Shown here piece after piece: positions 44,851 to 60,280 of a stretch of 64,000 bases of DNA; position 1 is the first letter of the stretch, and each line of letters starts with the position of its first letter. This DNA comes from the human T2T-CHM13v2.0 reference genome, Homo sapiens. Location: NCBI RefSeq assembly GCF_009914755.1, contig NC_060926.1; one strand, 5' to 3'. The notes under the pieces were generated by a model. The model made no database searches, was not told the DNA's origin, and saw nothing but the letters and a program-made list of their open reading frames with translations. Made by a program: the position numbers and the translations under genes.

Positions 44851-46715
44851 CGGATTTCTTAATATATAATACTTCTAGGACAGGGCAATTTTCCAATTTT
44901 TCTTTGTAATCTCTAGCCCCGGTTGTTTTGTTTAATTAGTATTTTGAGAGCAGCTTGAGTGGTATATTTTCAGCATTGTGGATGGAGTAAAAATGATCCT
45001 TTAATACATTTCTACATTTTTCTGCTTGAAGATCTGTTAAAGACTGCACGAAAATTATTAAAAGAATTTATGCTTTTGGAATTTTTGAAACTATTTTGTA
45101 TGCTTACTACTTGATAGAAATTAAAATCCACATTTTTTCATAAACTTAAATAATTTGGAAAAGAATTTTTTCTTAGCCATATAGATATGTCCATTATATT
45201 ATAAATTATTATGACTACATCTGAATTACATAGACATATACCTCAGTGCTCAACAAGTAAATTATTATGTTTATCTATTCATGCTATCCTCTTGGTAATT
45301 TTTTTGTAATGGTCACAAATTTAGAAATGATATGTCTTTATGGCTGAAGAGAATAGCCCCTAAACCCTCTGTGTCTTATTACTAGAATGTTTGTTTTAAA
45401 TAAGTACACAATTGTATAATTAAATGACTAGTGTACCTTGAAATATTTTGATAGAATCAAATTGTAATACCAACATGTTAATTTTTTCTTCAAAATTGTC
45501 ATTTATAGAAATGAATCGTTCAATGTTATAACAATTGGGATGGGTATGAGCAGAGAAGACATTCAAACCATGTGGACTGTCATATATATGGACTTTCACG
45601 TAACAGCAGAAATGGAGAATTAATGCCCACTAAAATTAATTGCATACTTCTTTACCCATAGATAAAATTATAGCATCTCGTGTGGTTCTCTAAACGAAAT
45701 TTCTTGCAGTGTTTAATTTAGGCTCAACTACAATGAATAAATACATAGTTCTACAGTGAAACAAAATACATGTATTAAGATGCTGCTTAATGTTAGCAAA
45801 CTAGTCTGGAATAATGCCAATACCAGAGAAGGCTAAATAGGAAATTCATTAATTATGGTCTGTTTGCCATTTTTTTGTCAACTCTGATCATTAAGATTAT
45901 CTATCTTGACTTATTTTATTAGTACATAAAATGAATCATAATACAATTGAATTTAACCAGTATATCAAAATTTCATGTTTGTGTTTTTTCCAGAAAAAAA
46001 AATACATTGACTTATTGCTACCTAGAAAGATGAATTTATATTTCATGTTAATTATACAGATATCTAATTAATTTGTGCCTGAAAAGTTCTATTGTGATAC
46101 AGAAACATTTTGTTACTTAAACATTTGGCTTTTTTAACTGAAATCTTTCTGATTTATTTTCCATTTTTCCTTGATCAAATTGTATTATTTGTCAGAGATC
46201 TTGCCTTGAAATGAATTGCATCTACAATGTACTACCCACACTGCACTAGTTTCATAATTATTATTAGCTTGACATTTGTTGAATAATAAGTGTATGTGCA
46301 AATGTATTATATAAATCTTACATGTGTATGGTAAGCAGAAAATATACTATTTAAATAATTTATCTTGAGCATTGTGAATTCAAAATTTGCCATGATTATT
46401 AATCATCCTTTAGATTGCATAGGTAGCTAAGAGACATTAGAAATGGATTTATTCTAAGAAGCTCTTCAAGTTAATATCTCAGCTAGGTCAAGAATCGAAG
46501 TCTTGAGAACTGCCAATCTAGGGATTCTGAACTCATTAAATCAATATGGGTGCCTTGAATTTCAACTTCCTAGGAAAGTTTAGAAGGAATTAAAACAGAG
46601 GAAGAACTGGTTTACTCAATATTTATTCAACATGGAGTTTCTTATGTATAACTGTCACAGGCAATGGGAACAAAAGAACAAAATTTAGTAAGTTTATAAA
46701 AGATGTAAAGAATAT

Positions 46716-47019
46716 GGCCGGGCTCAGTGGCTCACCACTGTAATCCCAGTACTTTGGGAGGCCGAGGCGGGCGGATCACCTCAGGTCTGGAGTTCGAGAC
46801 CAGCCTGACCAACATGGAGAAACCCTGTCTCTACTATAAATAAAAAATTAACCGGGCATGGTGGCGCATGCCTGCAATCCCAGCTACTTGGGAGTCTTGA
46901 GGCAGGATAATCGCTTGAACTGGGGAGGAGGAAGTTGTGGTTAGCAGATATTGTGCCATTGCAACAGCCTGGGCAACAGGAGTGAAACCGTCTCTGAAAA
47001 AGAAAAGAAAGAAAAAAAA
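46716..47019 (+). mobile_element. AluSp-like
   Basis: cagcctgaccaacatggagaaaccc diagnostic motif. Imperfect TSD aaaag(a/g)tgtaaagaa. Confidence 0.9.
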
Positions 47020-47399
47020 GGTGTAAAGAACAAAATTTTAAGGCTGATCTGGTAATATTAAAAGAAATATTTATTGTTTAAAAGCAGATATGGAAAATTA
47101 CAAGTATTAATAATTACAAAAATTAACTGAAGAACATCTGAAAATTTTAGAATATATGCCAAAAGTCATATTTTTCAAATTTGGAAAACAGACATTTGTA
47201 TCCAGATAAAAATAAATAAATATTATTTTAACAGATTTATTTTAAATTCTTACTCAAAATTAAATATTTTTCAGTGAGAACATTATTGTTACCATTTGTA
47301 TTTTAACTCACAATATGTTCTTTGGTAATCCTTTTTTTTAAAAAAATACTTGTGTTTGAGTTCATCACATCTAGAATTGATGGTACAGAATCGTGGTAT

Positions 47400-47940
47400 T
47401 TCTATTGCATACTGTGGTACATGCCCATGAGTTTCTTTTTTTGTATACACCTAGAAATAGAATTGCCAGGTTGTAGTGTATATGCACATTCAAATTTATC
47501 AAGTAATAAATGTTTTTCAAAGAGACTTTATTGTTCATTCTCTGATAGCAGTAGGTTGGAGTTTCTGTGGTATTCACATACCAAATAATACATTTTTTAC
47601 ACACTTATATTTTTTGCTTAATTAGTGCATGAAAATTGGAGTCTTGTTAGGATTATAATTTTTCCTTATACCTTTTTTCATTCTCTCATTTTTTGACATT
47701 CACTTTTATTGAATATTTTAGTTTCCCTAATTTGTGAAAAGTGTTAGAAATGTCTTTTGCCTGTTGACATTGTTCACTTGTTTATTGCTATGTTGAATTC
47801 CATGTCTTGTTCTTATTGATTCACGGGCATTCTTTATATATTCATAGTATATTCCTTTGTTGATTTTATGTGTTGAAAACCTCTTTTTAACCAATTTATC
47901 ATTCACTTTATTGTGTCTCTTGTCAGAGAGTAGTTTTAAT
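47400..47940 (-). mobile_element. Old L1M fragment
   Basis: tatacacctagaaatagaattgccaggttgtagtgtatatgcacattcaa...ttcttattgatt...cattcactttattg. Confidence 0.6.
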
Positions 47941-47982
47941 AATAATGTTATTTTTTTGGCCAATATCTTTCCTGCATTCCTT

Positions 47983-48070
47983 AGGGGGTGCAGCAAAAGC
48001 ACTCCTGAGAGGGAAACCTATAGCCATAAATGCCTACATCAAAAAAGAAGAAAGATCTCAAATAAACAAT
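47983..48070 (+). mobile_element. Short L1 ORF2 fragment
   Basis: gcagcaaaagcactcctgagagggaaacctatagccataaatgcctacatcaaaaaagaagaaagatctcaaataaacaa (reads as AAKALLRGKPIAINAYIKKEERSQIN). Confidence 0.8.
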
Positions 48071-51000
48071 GAGTTCAGGCACATTGATAAAATCAAGTTT
48101 TCTAAATTGAAGAAGTAGGGAGAGTTTCTTATATTTTTCAAAGTTTTATGTGTTACAACATTGTAATAAACTAGATAGATGACCAAAATGAATGAATTCA
48201 GGATGAGAGTTGTTAGATGAGCAAATAATAGAAAATAGTTAATACAAATATACAATAAACACTTCAAAGTAAAATACAGCTTCAGTTGTATGTAACATTA
48301 AAATAAAAAGCCTTTTGAGGTTGATCATTATTGCTATATTCTAAAATAATATTAGTCAAACTGCAATATTAAAATTAATCAGTTTAGGACAGTTTTCTGT
48401 AATCTAGCTATTGCAAATAACTGTACTGAATATTCTGAAGTTACTTGTTGGACTAAATAGAAAATGTCTTTACTAAATGTGCATGTTCTAGTGGGCAGAG
48501 AAAGAAGACTATGACAGGGTATGTAATGTAATTGTTTGTGATATCTCTGGCATTAGGCTGAGTGCTGGGGATAAAAGTATGAATTAGGCCTTAGAGGCTT
48601 GCAAGGTGAAAACAGAACCACAAAATCACCATACACTATACATTTCCTTTGAAACCAACATAATAAAAAATAGGTTTTCAAGCCATCTCTGGTTAAAATA
48701 ATGACTTTAAAGCAATGTTTGTCCTCCAGGGCTCTATTTAGTTTTTTTCCATGAGTTCTTTACTGCTTAGTAGTCATTTCAGTCTCTCACTTTTAGCTAC
48801 CAGGTCTCTGGTACTGTAGCAGTTTTCAGTGTACTTCTGCTATAATCTAAGTGAATGGCTTGTTACATTCCTAAGTAATATTTTATTTTCTTCTATATTT
48901 ACAGTCTTTTATACCTAGATAAGATCCGAAAGATAATTCGTTCAACTGCTATTCGGAAATTTGGATACGGAAGTCCAGAGAGAGACTATGACCTGTCCAA
49001 GGTCATTAGCTATTAAGTCATAGCCAGGATGTCTCCTGGCTCCTTTCAGGTCCCTTTTAACAGTGGGTAGGAAATCTCAACTAAATCCTTCCTCCGATTT
49101 TTTACAAGAACACCTCAATGCCAAACACTTTCTCCTAACCTCTTATTTTCTCAGAAGAAATATTTTATAGAAATATAAGAAGGTGTAATACAATGCTTTA
49201 TGTGTTTTGTGGTTCTTGATTCAAAAGCAAAAAGAGTGTTCCACTTCTAAATATAATCCTGAACAAAAGTAATATTTGAAATAAAATTCTAAGGGTAAAA
49301 AATTCAAGGTTTAATCTACTCATCTATCACTTATAATAGAAGCTATGCAACTAATGATCCATTCATCATTTTGAAATTCTACTTCCAGTTTATCAGGCTG
49401 CCAAATGCCTGGAGATTCAAAGGACTGGAGTGAGGTGCTTCTATTAAAATAAAGTTGGAAGTGATGAAAATAAACTGTTTATACCAAGAGCTGTTGAGGC
49501 ACTTGGAAATTCATTTTTAAACAGATATAAATAAAATCTGTCATTTTAAAAAAAAATACATTAAAAATATTTTATTGCTAAAATTGATTAAAAACTTGAA
49601 AGAGAAGTATTTTATGGTATTCTTCAGAGATTGGATTTAATAAATATGTAGCACAAAGTAAAGAAAATATATTTTTGGTCTGTGAAAATATTCTAGTAAC
49701 TATGTTGCTGTTGAACTAAAGCATATTGAAATTTGGTGTAACTTTGGATAATTCCTTAAATAGCTCTGGATTATATGTTGATATATTGTTTATTTATTTT
49801 GTGAAATATAAACAGCCATTCAAGCTTCCAAATCAGCTTGCAAACTTTGTACATTTCTAGGTTTCTTTGAATTAAGTGTGTCTCCAGACAGTGAAAGCAA
49901 ATTTTACCATATACGTAAGCAAAGCATAGATAGGAAATCTGCAACTCCTTTCACTCTGCTGTCCCCCAGCAAAAATAAAAGCAATAGTAGAAAACAAATA
50001 TCAAGAAGTCAGTTCTAAAGCTTAACACAGGTGCTTTGGAGTTACCATTATTGCACTAATTTTTTATATTTTAAAAGTTGTAAAGTGCAAAATGTTATGC
50101 CGGCTTCATTAATATATTATTCTAGGTGATAATACTAAAAGTCACTGGCATATCATCTTTTGCTATGATTGATTCTGCATATTTAATTAGGTTTATTTAA
50201 TACTAAATTTGGGAGATTTCTCAATATATTGAACAAGAACAACCCGGACAACACTGGCACTGACCAAATAAAATGAATACAAGCAGCTAATAAGTTACAG
50301 TTCATATACAGTTAATATCAGGGTTCATAGTGGAATTCTGTCCACTTTTTCAAAGATTAATGAAATAAAATTTGGTAAACAATCTCTTTGTTATGTTGAT
50401 GTCTAATTTTAACATGCAGATTTCTCTTTTTCCCTTCTAACTCAATTGATAACTTTGATTTATGAAACAAAATCACTCCAAAAAGCTTATTGTCTGCATT
50501 GAAATAAAGGAAGATAGTATATTAAACTAGAAGTAACTTAACTTTTATGAACCTTTGATGTAGGACACTTGGATTTGGAGAATGTGAATATGAAGTTGGG
50601 GATCAAACAGAAATATTCCTATAAAAGGGAGCAAAGTGTATAAAGAACAAACATAGAGAAGCTGGCCTACAAAGTAAAGTAAAATATAGATACAAACACT
50701 CACTATTTGACTTAGAAAGAATATTAAGTAATAACGGAATGTCAGACTTGATAAAAAATAGATTTTCATACTGATGTTGGGAACTGGGTACCTTTACAAG
50801 TGGTCAGTAGAAGTATATAATGATACAGCTTTTTTTTTTGCAAGAAAATAAGAAGTGTCTTTCAAAAATTCTTAATATTCATACACTTTAACTCAGTAAT
50901 TTTATTTTTAAGAAAGTTTGAGTAATCTTATCCATCAAGGTATAAATATTATATTATTTTATGTTTTCAATCAGTGAGTTTAACTATTAATGCTAAATTA

Positions 51001-51087
51001 TCTTTCAATCACCTTTAATGCGTACTTTGGCAAATTCCACCATATTTGGTAACTTTTATTTATTTTACTAAGTACCATTTAGTGTTG

Positions 51088-51361
51088 CTTGTTTGTTTAT
51101 TTTTTGAGATGGAGTCTCACTCTGTCGCCCAGACTGGAGGCAATCTCAGCTTACTGCAAGCTCCGTCTCCTGGGTCCAAGCAATTCTCCCACCTCAGCCT
51201 CCTGAGTATCTGGGATTACAGGGGCGTGCCACCACGCCTGGCTAATTTTTGTATTTTTTAGTAGATACAAGGTTTCACCATGTTGGCCAAGCTCAAGGGA
51301 TCTGCCCGCCTCTGCCTCCCAAAAAGCTGAGATTACAGGCGTAAGCCACCTTGCCCAGTCC
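51088..51361 (-). mobile_element. AluS with two internal deletions
   Basis: gagatggagtctcactctgtcgcccagactggag|gcaatctcagc and gttggccaagct|caagggatctgcccgcc lack consensus segments. Confidence 0.88.
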
Positions 51362-53003
51362 TACTTAGTTTTAATTGTCAGGCTCATATTCAAATGAAAT
51401 GGCTTAACTATCTTATATTCCCTTTCTAAACCTCAGAATTTCTTATTTTGTTGGGGTAGAAGAAGGAAAAGGGGAAGACAAAGAAATGTGTTCCTTCCCT
51501 ATCTGGCCAGAGTTTAGCAAACATTGCTAGTCATATATAGAAGGTTATCAGTCTAACATTGACTACCTATGAATGCCTCCATGTAGCAAACATATTGGTC
51601 TGGGGACTGAATTCTTAGAAAGTAATGCTTAGTAGTTTTGATGTGTGATTCTCTCATATCCAGACGAAGTTTGACCTTTTCTACCCAGCTTCGGCTTTGC
51701 TTACCAAAACATTTTGCTTCTGACAGCCCCCACCCCACCCTTTCTTTTTTATAAACAGCTCTCTTGATTAGGGTGTCAGAAAGATGGCCCCAAATCTTAG
51801 TTTATTCTATGATGTTTGCCTGACCAACAGGAAGCTCACTCTGCATTGCTATTCCCAACAGTTAGCTTTTAAGCTATCAATTCTGTCCTCTCTCTACCCT
51901 GCTATAATCTCTTAATTCTACTTTATGTAGTCAGAGCAGATACATGTATCTATTGCTTGAACAGAACTCTTACCTGGGAATAGAATGTCAGTTCTTCTAT
52001 CTTGCAAACATTACTAGTCTCTGTAACAGATTCTTTTGGGATTTTTTTTAATAAAAAGTAGGTGGCGGAAGAAGTGCTACTTAAAATTGCTCTATTTCCC
52101 ACCAGGCACATTAAACCACAACACTACACTTACCCAGTTTTCTACTTAAATAAACTGGACAAAGGAAACCAGTAGATGTCAGTCTGGGTAATACAAGTAG
52201 TTAATGACTTAGTGACTTGAACGGAGGTAAGTAGCTCCAAATGTTGATTATTCTTCAAATTATAAGGTTTTTATGTTACTTGTTTTAAGGATAAAAAGTT
52301 CCACTTAACATCCTGATAAAATATTTGAAATCCAACTTAGATATATAATCACAAATGTCCACAAAGAAATAGAATCAAATCTATACATTTTAGCGTTTTT
52401 GTAAACATAAAATATGTAAATCAAAGCAAAGACAACCTGAATGTTTAATGTAAAAAAAGAGAATTATTCTAAAGCTAAACTTAAGAATTCCCCCAGCCTC
52501 CATTGAAATGAGAGTTTTCTAAGGTCTAAGATCACCCCTGGCAGTGTGTTCATATGACCATATGTTTTTGTAAAAATCTGCAAAAGTGAGATATTTTAAC
52601 AGCAGTTGGTTAAGACTTTTTTCTTTCCAACTTCCCCAAAAATATAGATACTATCTTAGTATATATGGCCCTGCTTGTGCCACATGAAGCCTGATGATTT
52701 CAAGCAAACTGAGTTGGTGGCTGATAGTTAAATGGACTAAAGAAAAAAGTATTGAAGTTATAAAACTGATATTCCCAGGTTCACAAATTATTCAATATAT
52801 CAGTTGCTAGATCCTAAGAATTAATTGCTTACAGAATCACATAGATCAATGCAATGTTACAATATGTCAAAACTTTTTTTCATTATTCTTTTGCATACCT
52901 TAATTTCTGATTAATTTTGTATATTTTAAAGAATTATCAACCATACCCAAATTTGGTTATTATAGAAAAGGCATATCCTAGTGAAAACAAATACTTAACC
53001 TGT

Positions 53004-53530
53004 GTAGTAGGCAATTGCCCCCCTCAGATGTCCACATATTAATCCCTGAAACCTGTGAATTTATTACTTTTAAAAGTGACTTTGCAGATGTGATTAAGGA
53101 TCTTTAGATGGAGAGATTATTCTGGAATACCTGAGTGGGCCCAATGTAATCACAAGGATCCTTATAGGGAAAGAGGGAGGCAGTAGAGTCATGGGCAGAG
53201 AAGGAGATGTGATGACAGAAGCAGAGGGGTGAGGAGGGAGGGAGGGCGTCAGGGAGAAAAGGAAAAGGGAGAGAGAGATTTGAAGATGCTGTACTGTTGG
53301 CTCTAATGATGAAGAAAAACATTGCAGTTGGCCTCTAGAAGCAGAAAAAGACAAAGAAATAGATTCCTACTTAGGGCCTTTAAAAGGAGCATAGCCTTGC
53401 CATCACATTCATTTAAGTTAATAAAACCTGTTTCCAATCTTTGACCTCCAGAACTGTGATGTAATCCATTTGCGTTGTTTTGAGCCACTAAGTTTTTGGT
53501 CATTTGTTACAACAATAGGAAACTAATACA
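53004..53530 (+). mobile_element. MLT1D-like MaLR solo LTR
   Basis: gatgtccacatattaatccctgaaacctgtgaat...gactttgcagatgtgattaagg...gggcccaatgtaatcacaagg...aataggaaactaataca. Confidence 0.88.
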
Positions 53531-54989
53531 AACCAAAAGAAAATGTTTGTGGTATTTGTCAGGCTTAAATTATTAATTGTTTATATTGGTCATTGAAAAG
53601 CAATATCCATTTGTTTGAAATTTTGCATTGCTAATTTTGTATTTTTTTAAAAAAATAAAAGCTGTATAAACACATGACTCACAGAGATTGTATCTTTCCT
53701 TGCATTAAAGAGTGGTTAAATTTTTCAGAATTTTTCCTTTTAAAATAATTATAGTAGTCTACTTATGAAATGGATATTATTCTTTTGGAAAGTACTTTCA
53801 CAAAGACCTAAGCTGTTATGTAATTCATACTCTTATTTAATTGTATGTACCTGTCGAGCAAATAATATATATACATTCAACAAGACAGCTATTCTTTCAC
53901 AGTACAAGCATTTTTCCGTATGAAACAACTACATATTGTTTTTCTAACACCATAAAGGATTTCCTATGGAAGTTTAGCAATAAGTCAAACCAGATGCTCC
54001 ACTTCAAGAATAAAGAGTAGCTTGGCACTAGTATTATAAAGCTGTCTACTTGCTTTTATTTAGAAGTCATTAAGCACTACAGTAAAGTAACTACTGCTGT
54101 TCAAGATATTATTATCAACTTGCATAGACAGTCAGTATGGGAGATAACACAATAATAATGAATCTTATATTTATATGGCAAAAGTATTATTAAAGAAAGC
54201 AAATACAATATGTTCTCCAGAATTTGACCACTTATATTTTAATATATATAAACTAGTTAACAAATTAAGCTCAATGGGGATTGATTAACTTAATGATTCA
54301 GTATCATATTAGTTTTTGAAATATAACTCAGTTTAATACTTTATATATCCTGTTCTTATTAAAATGTCTTTAGTAAAAGCATGCAAGAGCTTTCTTGTTG
54401 GGAACTATCTCACACATCGTGATTAGGGTGTCAGAAAGATTGAATGATTATTTGCTTGTTTTTAAAAGACAGCAAGAGCTATAGGAAGTTATTTAAGATC
54501 ATAGACTTAGCATACACTCATTGACTAGTTGATAGATAATGATATGTTAAGGAAATACCAAGAAAGATTGTTAATTTGCATCTATTGTGCCTGATGGGAA
54601 ATGAAAACAAATAACAGTTTGATTCTTAAATTCCACTACTATTTGAAAATACTGGAATTCTTAGGTTTGTATTTTAAGCTATTTTATCTTTCTTGTCCAT
54701 TTTTATAATTCTAACATGGATTATGAAGTAAAGTTGAAGTAAGTGAAAATTATTTTTATTATTTTCCAATAGCTCTTAATTTTTTATATATGCATGTACA
54801 CGTATACCCACTGCATAAATTGTATAGGAAGAAAAAAATTACTTTGCTGATAGTAGAAAAGACTGAAAAATTATGCCTTTAATCAAATATTCAGTGACTC
54901 AATGGCTTTTTTTTTAATGTTTCTCCCATTAAAACAGAACTAATACTATGCCACTGAAATGCTGATATTTTTATTTTCTTGTTTTCTTT

Positions 54990-55020
<31 letters not shown>

Positions 55021-55109
55021 AAGAGAGAGAGAAATATTTGTGTTTTTTCTGTCTCTCAACTAGGTGCTTGGGCTAGGACAAAGCATTGTGAGACTGGCTC
55101 TAGGGCTGT

Positions 55110-55158
<49 letters not shown>

Positions 55159-55229
55159 GTAAATATTTGTGTTTTCTCTCTCAACTAGGTGCTTTGGCTA
55201 GGACAAAGCATGTGAGATTGGCTCTAGGG

Positions 55230-55269
<40 letters not shown>
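54990..55269. repeat. Tandem duplication of a ~120-bp unit [(TG)n(AG)n + ~70-bp unique core], closed by a third (TG)n
   Basis: Core aaatatttgtgttt...ctctcaactaggtgctt(g/t)ggctaggacaaagcat(t)gtgaga(c/t)tggctctagggc at ~55032-55106 and ~55161-55230. Confidence 0.95.
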
Positions 55270-55270
<1 letters not shown>

Positions 55271-55404
55271 TGTGTTAGTGTGTTCCCCCAGTCATAATGA
55301 AAAATTGTTCCAAAGCAGTGTGTGTACTTCACTGTTTTTTTCTTTATTATTTGTCCTAGATCCTTTTTTTTGTCTTCAAATCATTTAATGCTTCTAATTA
55401 TGAA

Positions 55405-55590
55405 GGCGATTGATGAACCTACATTGACAATCACTATCACCCAGAGATTATAGTTTACATTATGGTTCACTAGTGGTATTGTATGTTCTAAGAATTTGGA
55501 TCAATGTATAATGAAATGTCTCCATCATTATATTATCTTAGTCTTTTTACCACTTAAGAATTCTCTCTTCTCTATCTACTCATTCCAGGT
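55405..55590 (-). mobile_element. L1MC-like 3' UTR fragment
   Basis: gatgaacctacattgaca...atagtttacattatggttcact...tttggatcaatgtataatga. Confidence 0.7.
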
Positions 55591-57753
55591 ATTACTTTTT
55601 AAAATAAATTATGATATTTCAGCTCAGAATAACTTTATCTCTGATATACACTCTTGCTATTTGAAATCAATGCAATTTAAAATGTTGTGTAGAAGATTTT
55701 TAAATTGCTTTCATAGTGATGATCTATGTGGTTTCAATAGTTTCTGAAATATCAGTTTCTTAATCTGCACATTATTCAAATATGTCTTATTTTTAATTGC
55801 AGTGGATTGAGTTTAAAATTAAAAACCTCTTTTTAGAATTAGGGGCATTTTTCATTTAAAAGACAAATTTTTATCTGCTGTAGGTGGTTCCTTTAGAACT
55901 CCTGATAATTATATAGTAAACGAGGAGCAGATGAGATGTGAATTATTTCATGAAGTATTTTCCCCAAACTTGGCACATTTTTTTTAGGCAGCAGGAAACT
56001 GAGCATTATTTTAAAAATGCACAATGTTTACATTGAAAACTTGGTACTCTCTGGAGAAATAGACTTAGGAGAATATTTCCAGTAAAATCTGGATTATTAT
56101 ATTTAAGTCTTTTCCATATTTGCTGCAAAAGATGTTTTCTGTTTAACGACAATTTAACATTTTATTGCTGTATTCCAAATATAAAAAGTATAACATTTTA
56201 GTGTTTTCATCTGAAATTAGTTATGGCCAGGTTCCTAATCTGTTAATAATTCTGTTCAAAACAGGAAAAGAGACAGTGCAGTATCTTAAAGCAGATTTAT
56301 CTTGTGTTCATTTCTACTCAGAGTTAATATGTTATAAAATACTCTGCAGGCATAATACATTCTTCTCTCTATTTTTAGAAAATAGCTTTTTAAGGTATTT
56401 TATGATTATTGCACTTAATAATTAAGCTATTTATTTTGAACTAGCTATTTAAATACAACATAATAAAAGTTGTAACTAATGTTTTTCTGGGCCACTGTAG
56501 CTTGAGGGTGCAATTAAATCATAAAAGTGGAATCAAACAAATTTTCTAATCCAGTCCTCACACACAAAAAATTGAGAAACTCCTGCTCCTTCATATAACT
56601 TTTTACCATTATATTCTGAACCCCTGGGAAACTGGAGAATGGTGTTTTCCTTCTTATGACCTCCAGTAATGGTCAGGTATATTCTCAGTCAGTTAAGCTT
56701 GTCAGTATTGTAAAGAACCTTCCCCTTGTCTGAACTTGGCTATACAGAGAACTTGCCATTCAATCCTGTTGTTGTGTGCCAGTTAATATCCCCGTGCTGT
56801 AAAATGTTCTCTGATCCTCCTCCTTGTGCAACAATATAGAGCTGTTAGGTTTGCTCAGGTTTCACAGAGATTTTTCAAACTATAACTCTTATATTTAACT
56901 TATTATTTATTCCATCCTCTCCAATCATAGATAAAAATCCATTGAGGTATGATTAGGGAACAATCTGGATGACAGACTTGGGGCTTCAAAATTCACATTT
57001 ATATGATGACATGCAGACTTTGTATGTGGATCAAGATTGCATCGAGGTTCATTGGTCTACCTCTGATGCAACAGTCATAGACAATTTTCAAAGACTGCAA
57101 AATTGAGGCTCCTAATCTAGGATCTTTCATTCTCAGAGACCTCATAATGTGTGGTATAAAAAATACCTTAGGTCTGTGGGTATGTTTTTATTCATTTTTA
57201 TGGGTGGTATTCTTTAGTCAGTACAAACTTCAGAATTTGAAGTTCAAAAGTATTTTCATCAGATTTCAATTACATTTACATAATTAGTGAGTATATACAT
57301 TTGGCTGCAATGTATAACTTACTAGATTTTATGTATATAACCTTAAGTGGCTTTCTATTATGGATTGTCACTGAATGTGATTCATAAAACCATTTCCAAT
57401 GTCTTGCCTCCATTTTTCTCATTATGTATATTTTGTGAGAAAAAAGAATGCATGTTTCAATGGTTTAAAAATCACAGATATTTTTATCTTCATCACATAA
57501 TTGATGCTTACCATACACCATTCGTATTTCCAAAGGCTACATGCTCACATTTAGCTTTCTTTACTCTTCATGAGGCCTCCATTCCCGTAAGGTTGATATA
57601 GGGAAGCAGATATAATCATAGCACATAATTCCACTTTAAAGTCACAGTTTATACTATTTAAGTTGTTTCTCATCAAATCACACTCTTACAAGCTTGAGTT
57701 CATCACTTTGTTAGGTATGTTCTATAACTTACTTCATGCATCATCTTCTCTAG

Positions 57754-58107
<354 letters not shown>

Positions 58108-58417
58108 TAACCTCCTCAGTGTCACCCAAATATGCTTTGTGAAACTTTATGGCTGTTCTTAATATATAGTTTTGATTTTTCAGTTTCCTCGCTCCATTTG
58201 ATATTGATGTTCTTCAAGATTGAGAATATGTTTAATATTTTTGATTTTTAGAAACAAAGAATGCCTATTAAATAAATGCATGAGAAAGAAGACAAAAGAA
58301 AATATATTAAAATAACAAAAGGTTGTCATGATTAAGACATTTTAATTTCATCTGTATTTTGAGTGTTTAAATTCATAAATTTTTATTTTGGAGGAGGATA
58401 GGAAAATAGAGATCAAG

Positions 58418-58737
<320 letters not shown>

Positions 58738-58869
58738 AAAATAGAGATCAAGGTAACTCAGTACACATATAAATCTAGCCTTGATAATTCTATACTTTGG
58801 AACTCATATATGTGTAAAAATACTGATGAATTATGATTCTAGGCAGGGGACATTATTGACATTTTTACC

Positions 58870-58979
58870 AAAGAAAAAAAAGAAGTAGGAGGAGGAGCAG
58901 GGGAAAAGAACGAGGAAGAAGGAGGAGGAGGAGGAGGAAGAGGAGGAGGAGAAGAAGAAGAAAGGAGGAGGAGGAGGAA
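58870..58979. repeat. Purine-rich (GGA)n/(GAA)n simple repeat
   Basis: gaggaagaaggaggaggaggaggaggaagaggaggaggagaagaagaagaaaggaggaggaggagg. Confidence 0.9.
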
Positions 58980-59084
58980 TGGTAATCTTTATTTCATAGG
59001 ACATTATTAAAATGTTATACTTTTACATAAAGTACTTTGACTTAGAGTTTCTTTTTTTTCAAATTTTAAAAAGTCATTCATTAT

Positions 59085-60280
<1,196 letters not shown>

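Noticed and set aside
54990-55269. Repeat-spacer pattern as a CRISPR-like array
   Set aside because: Only two units, the 'spacers' are near-identical duplicates, the 'repeats' are dinucleotide microsatellites, and the DNA is human with no cas genes.
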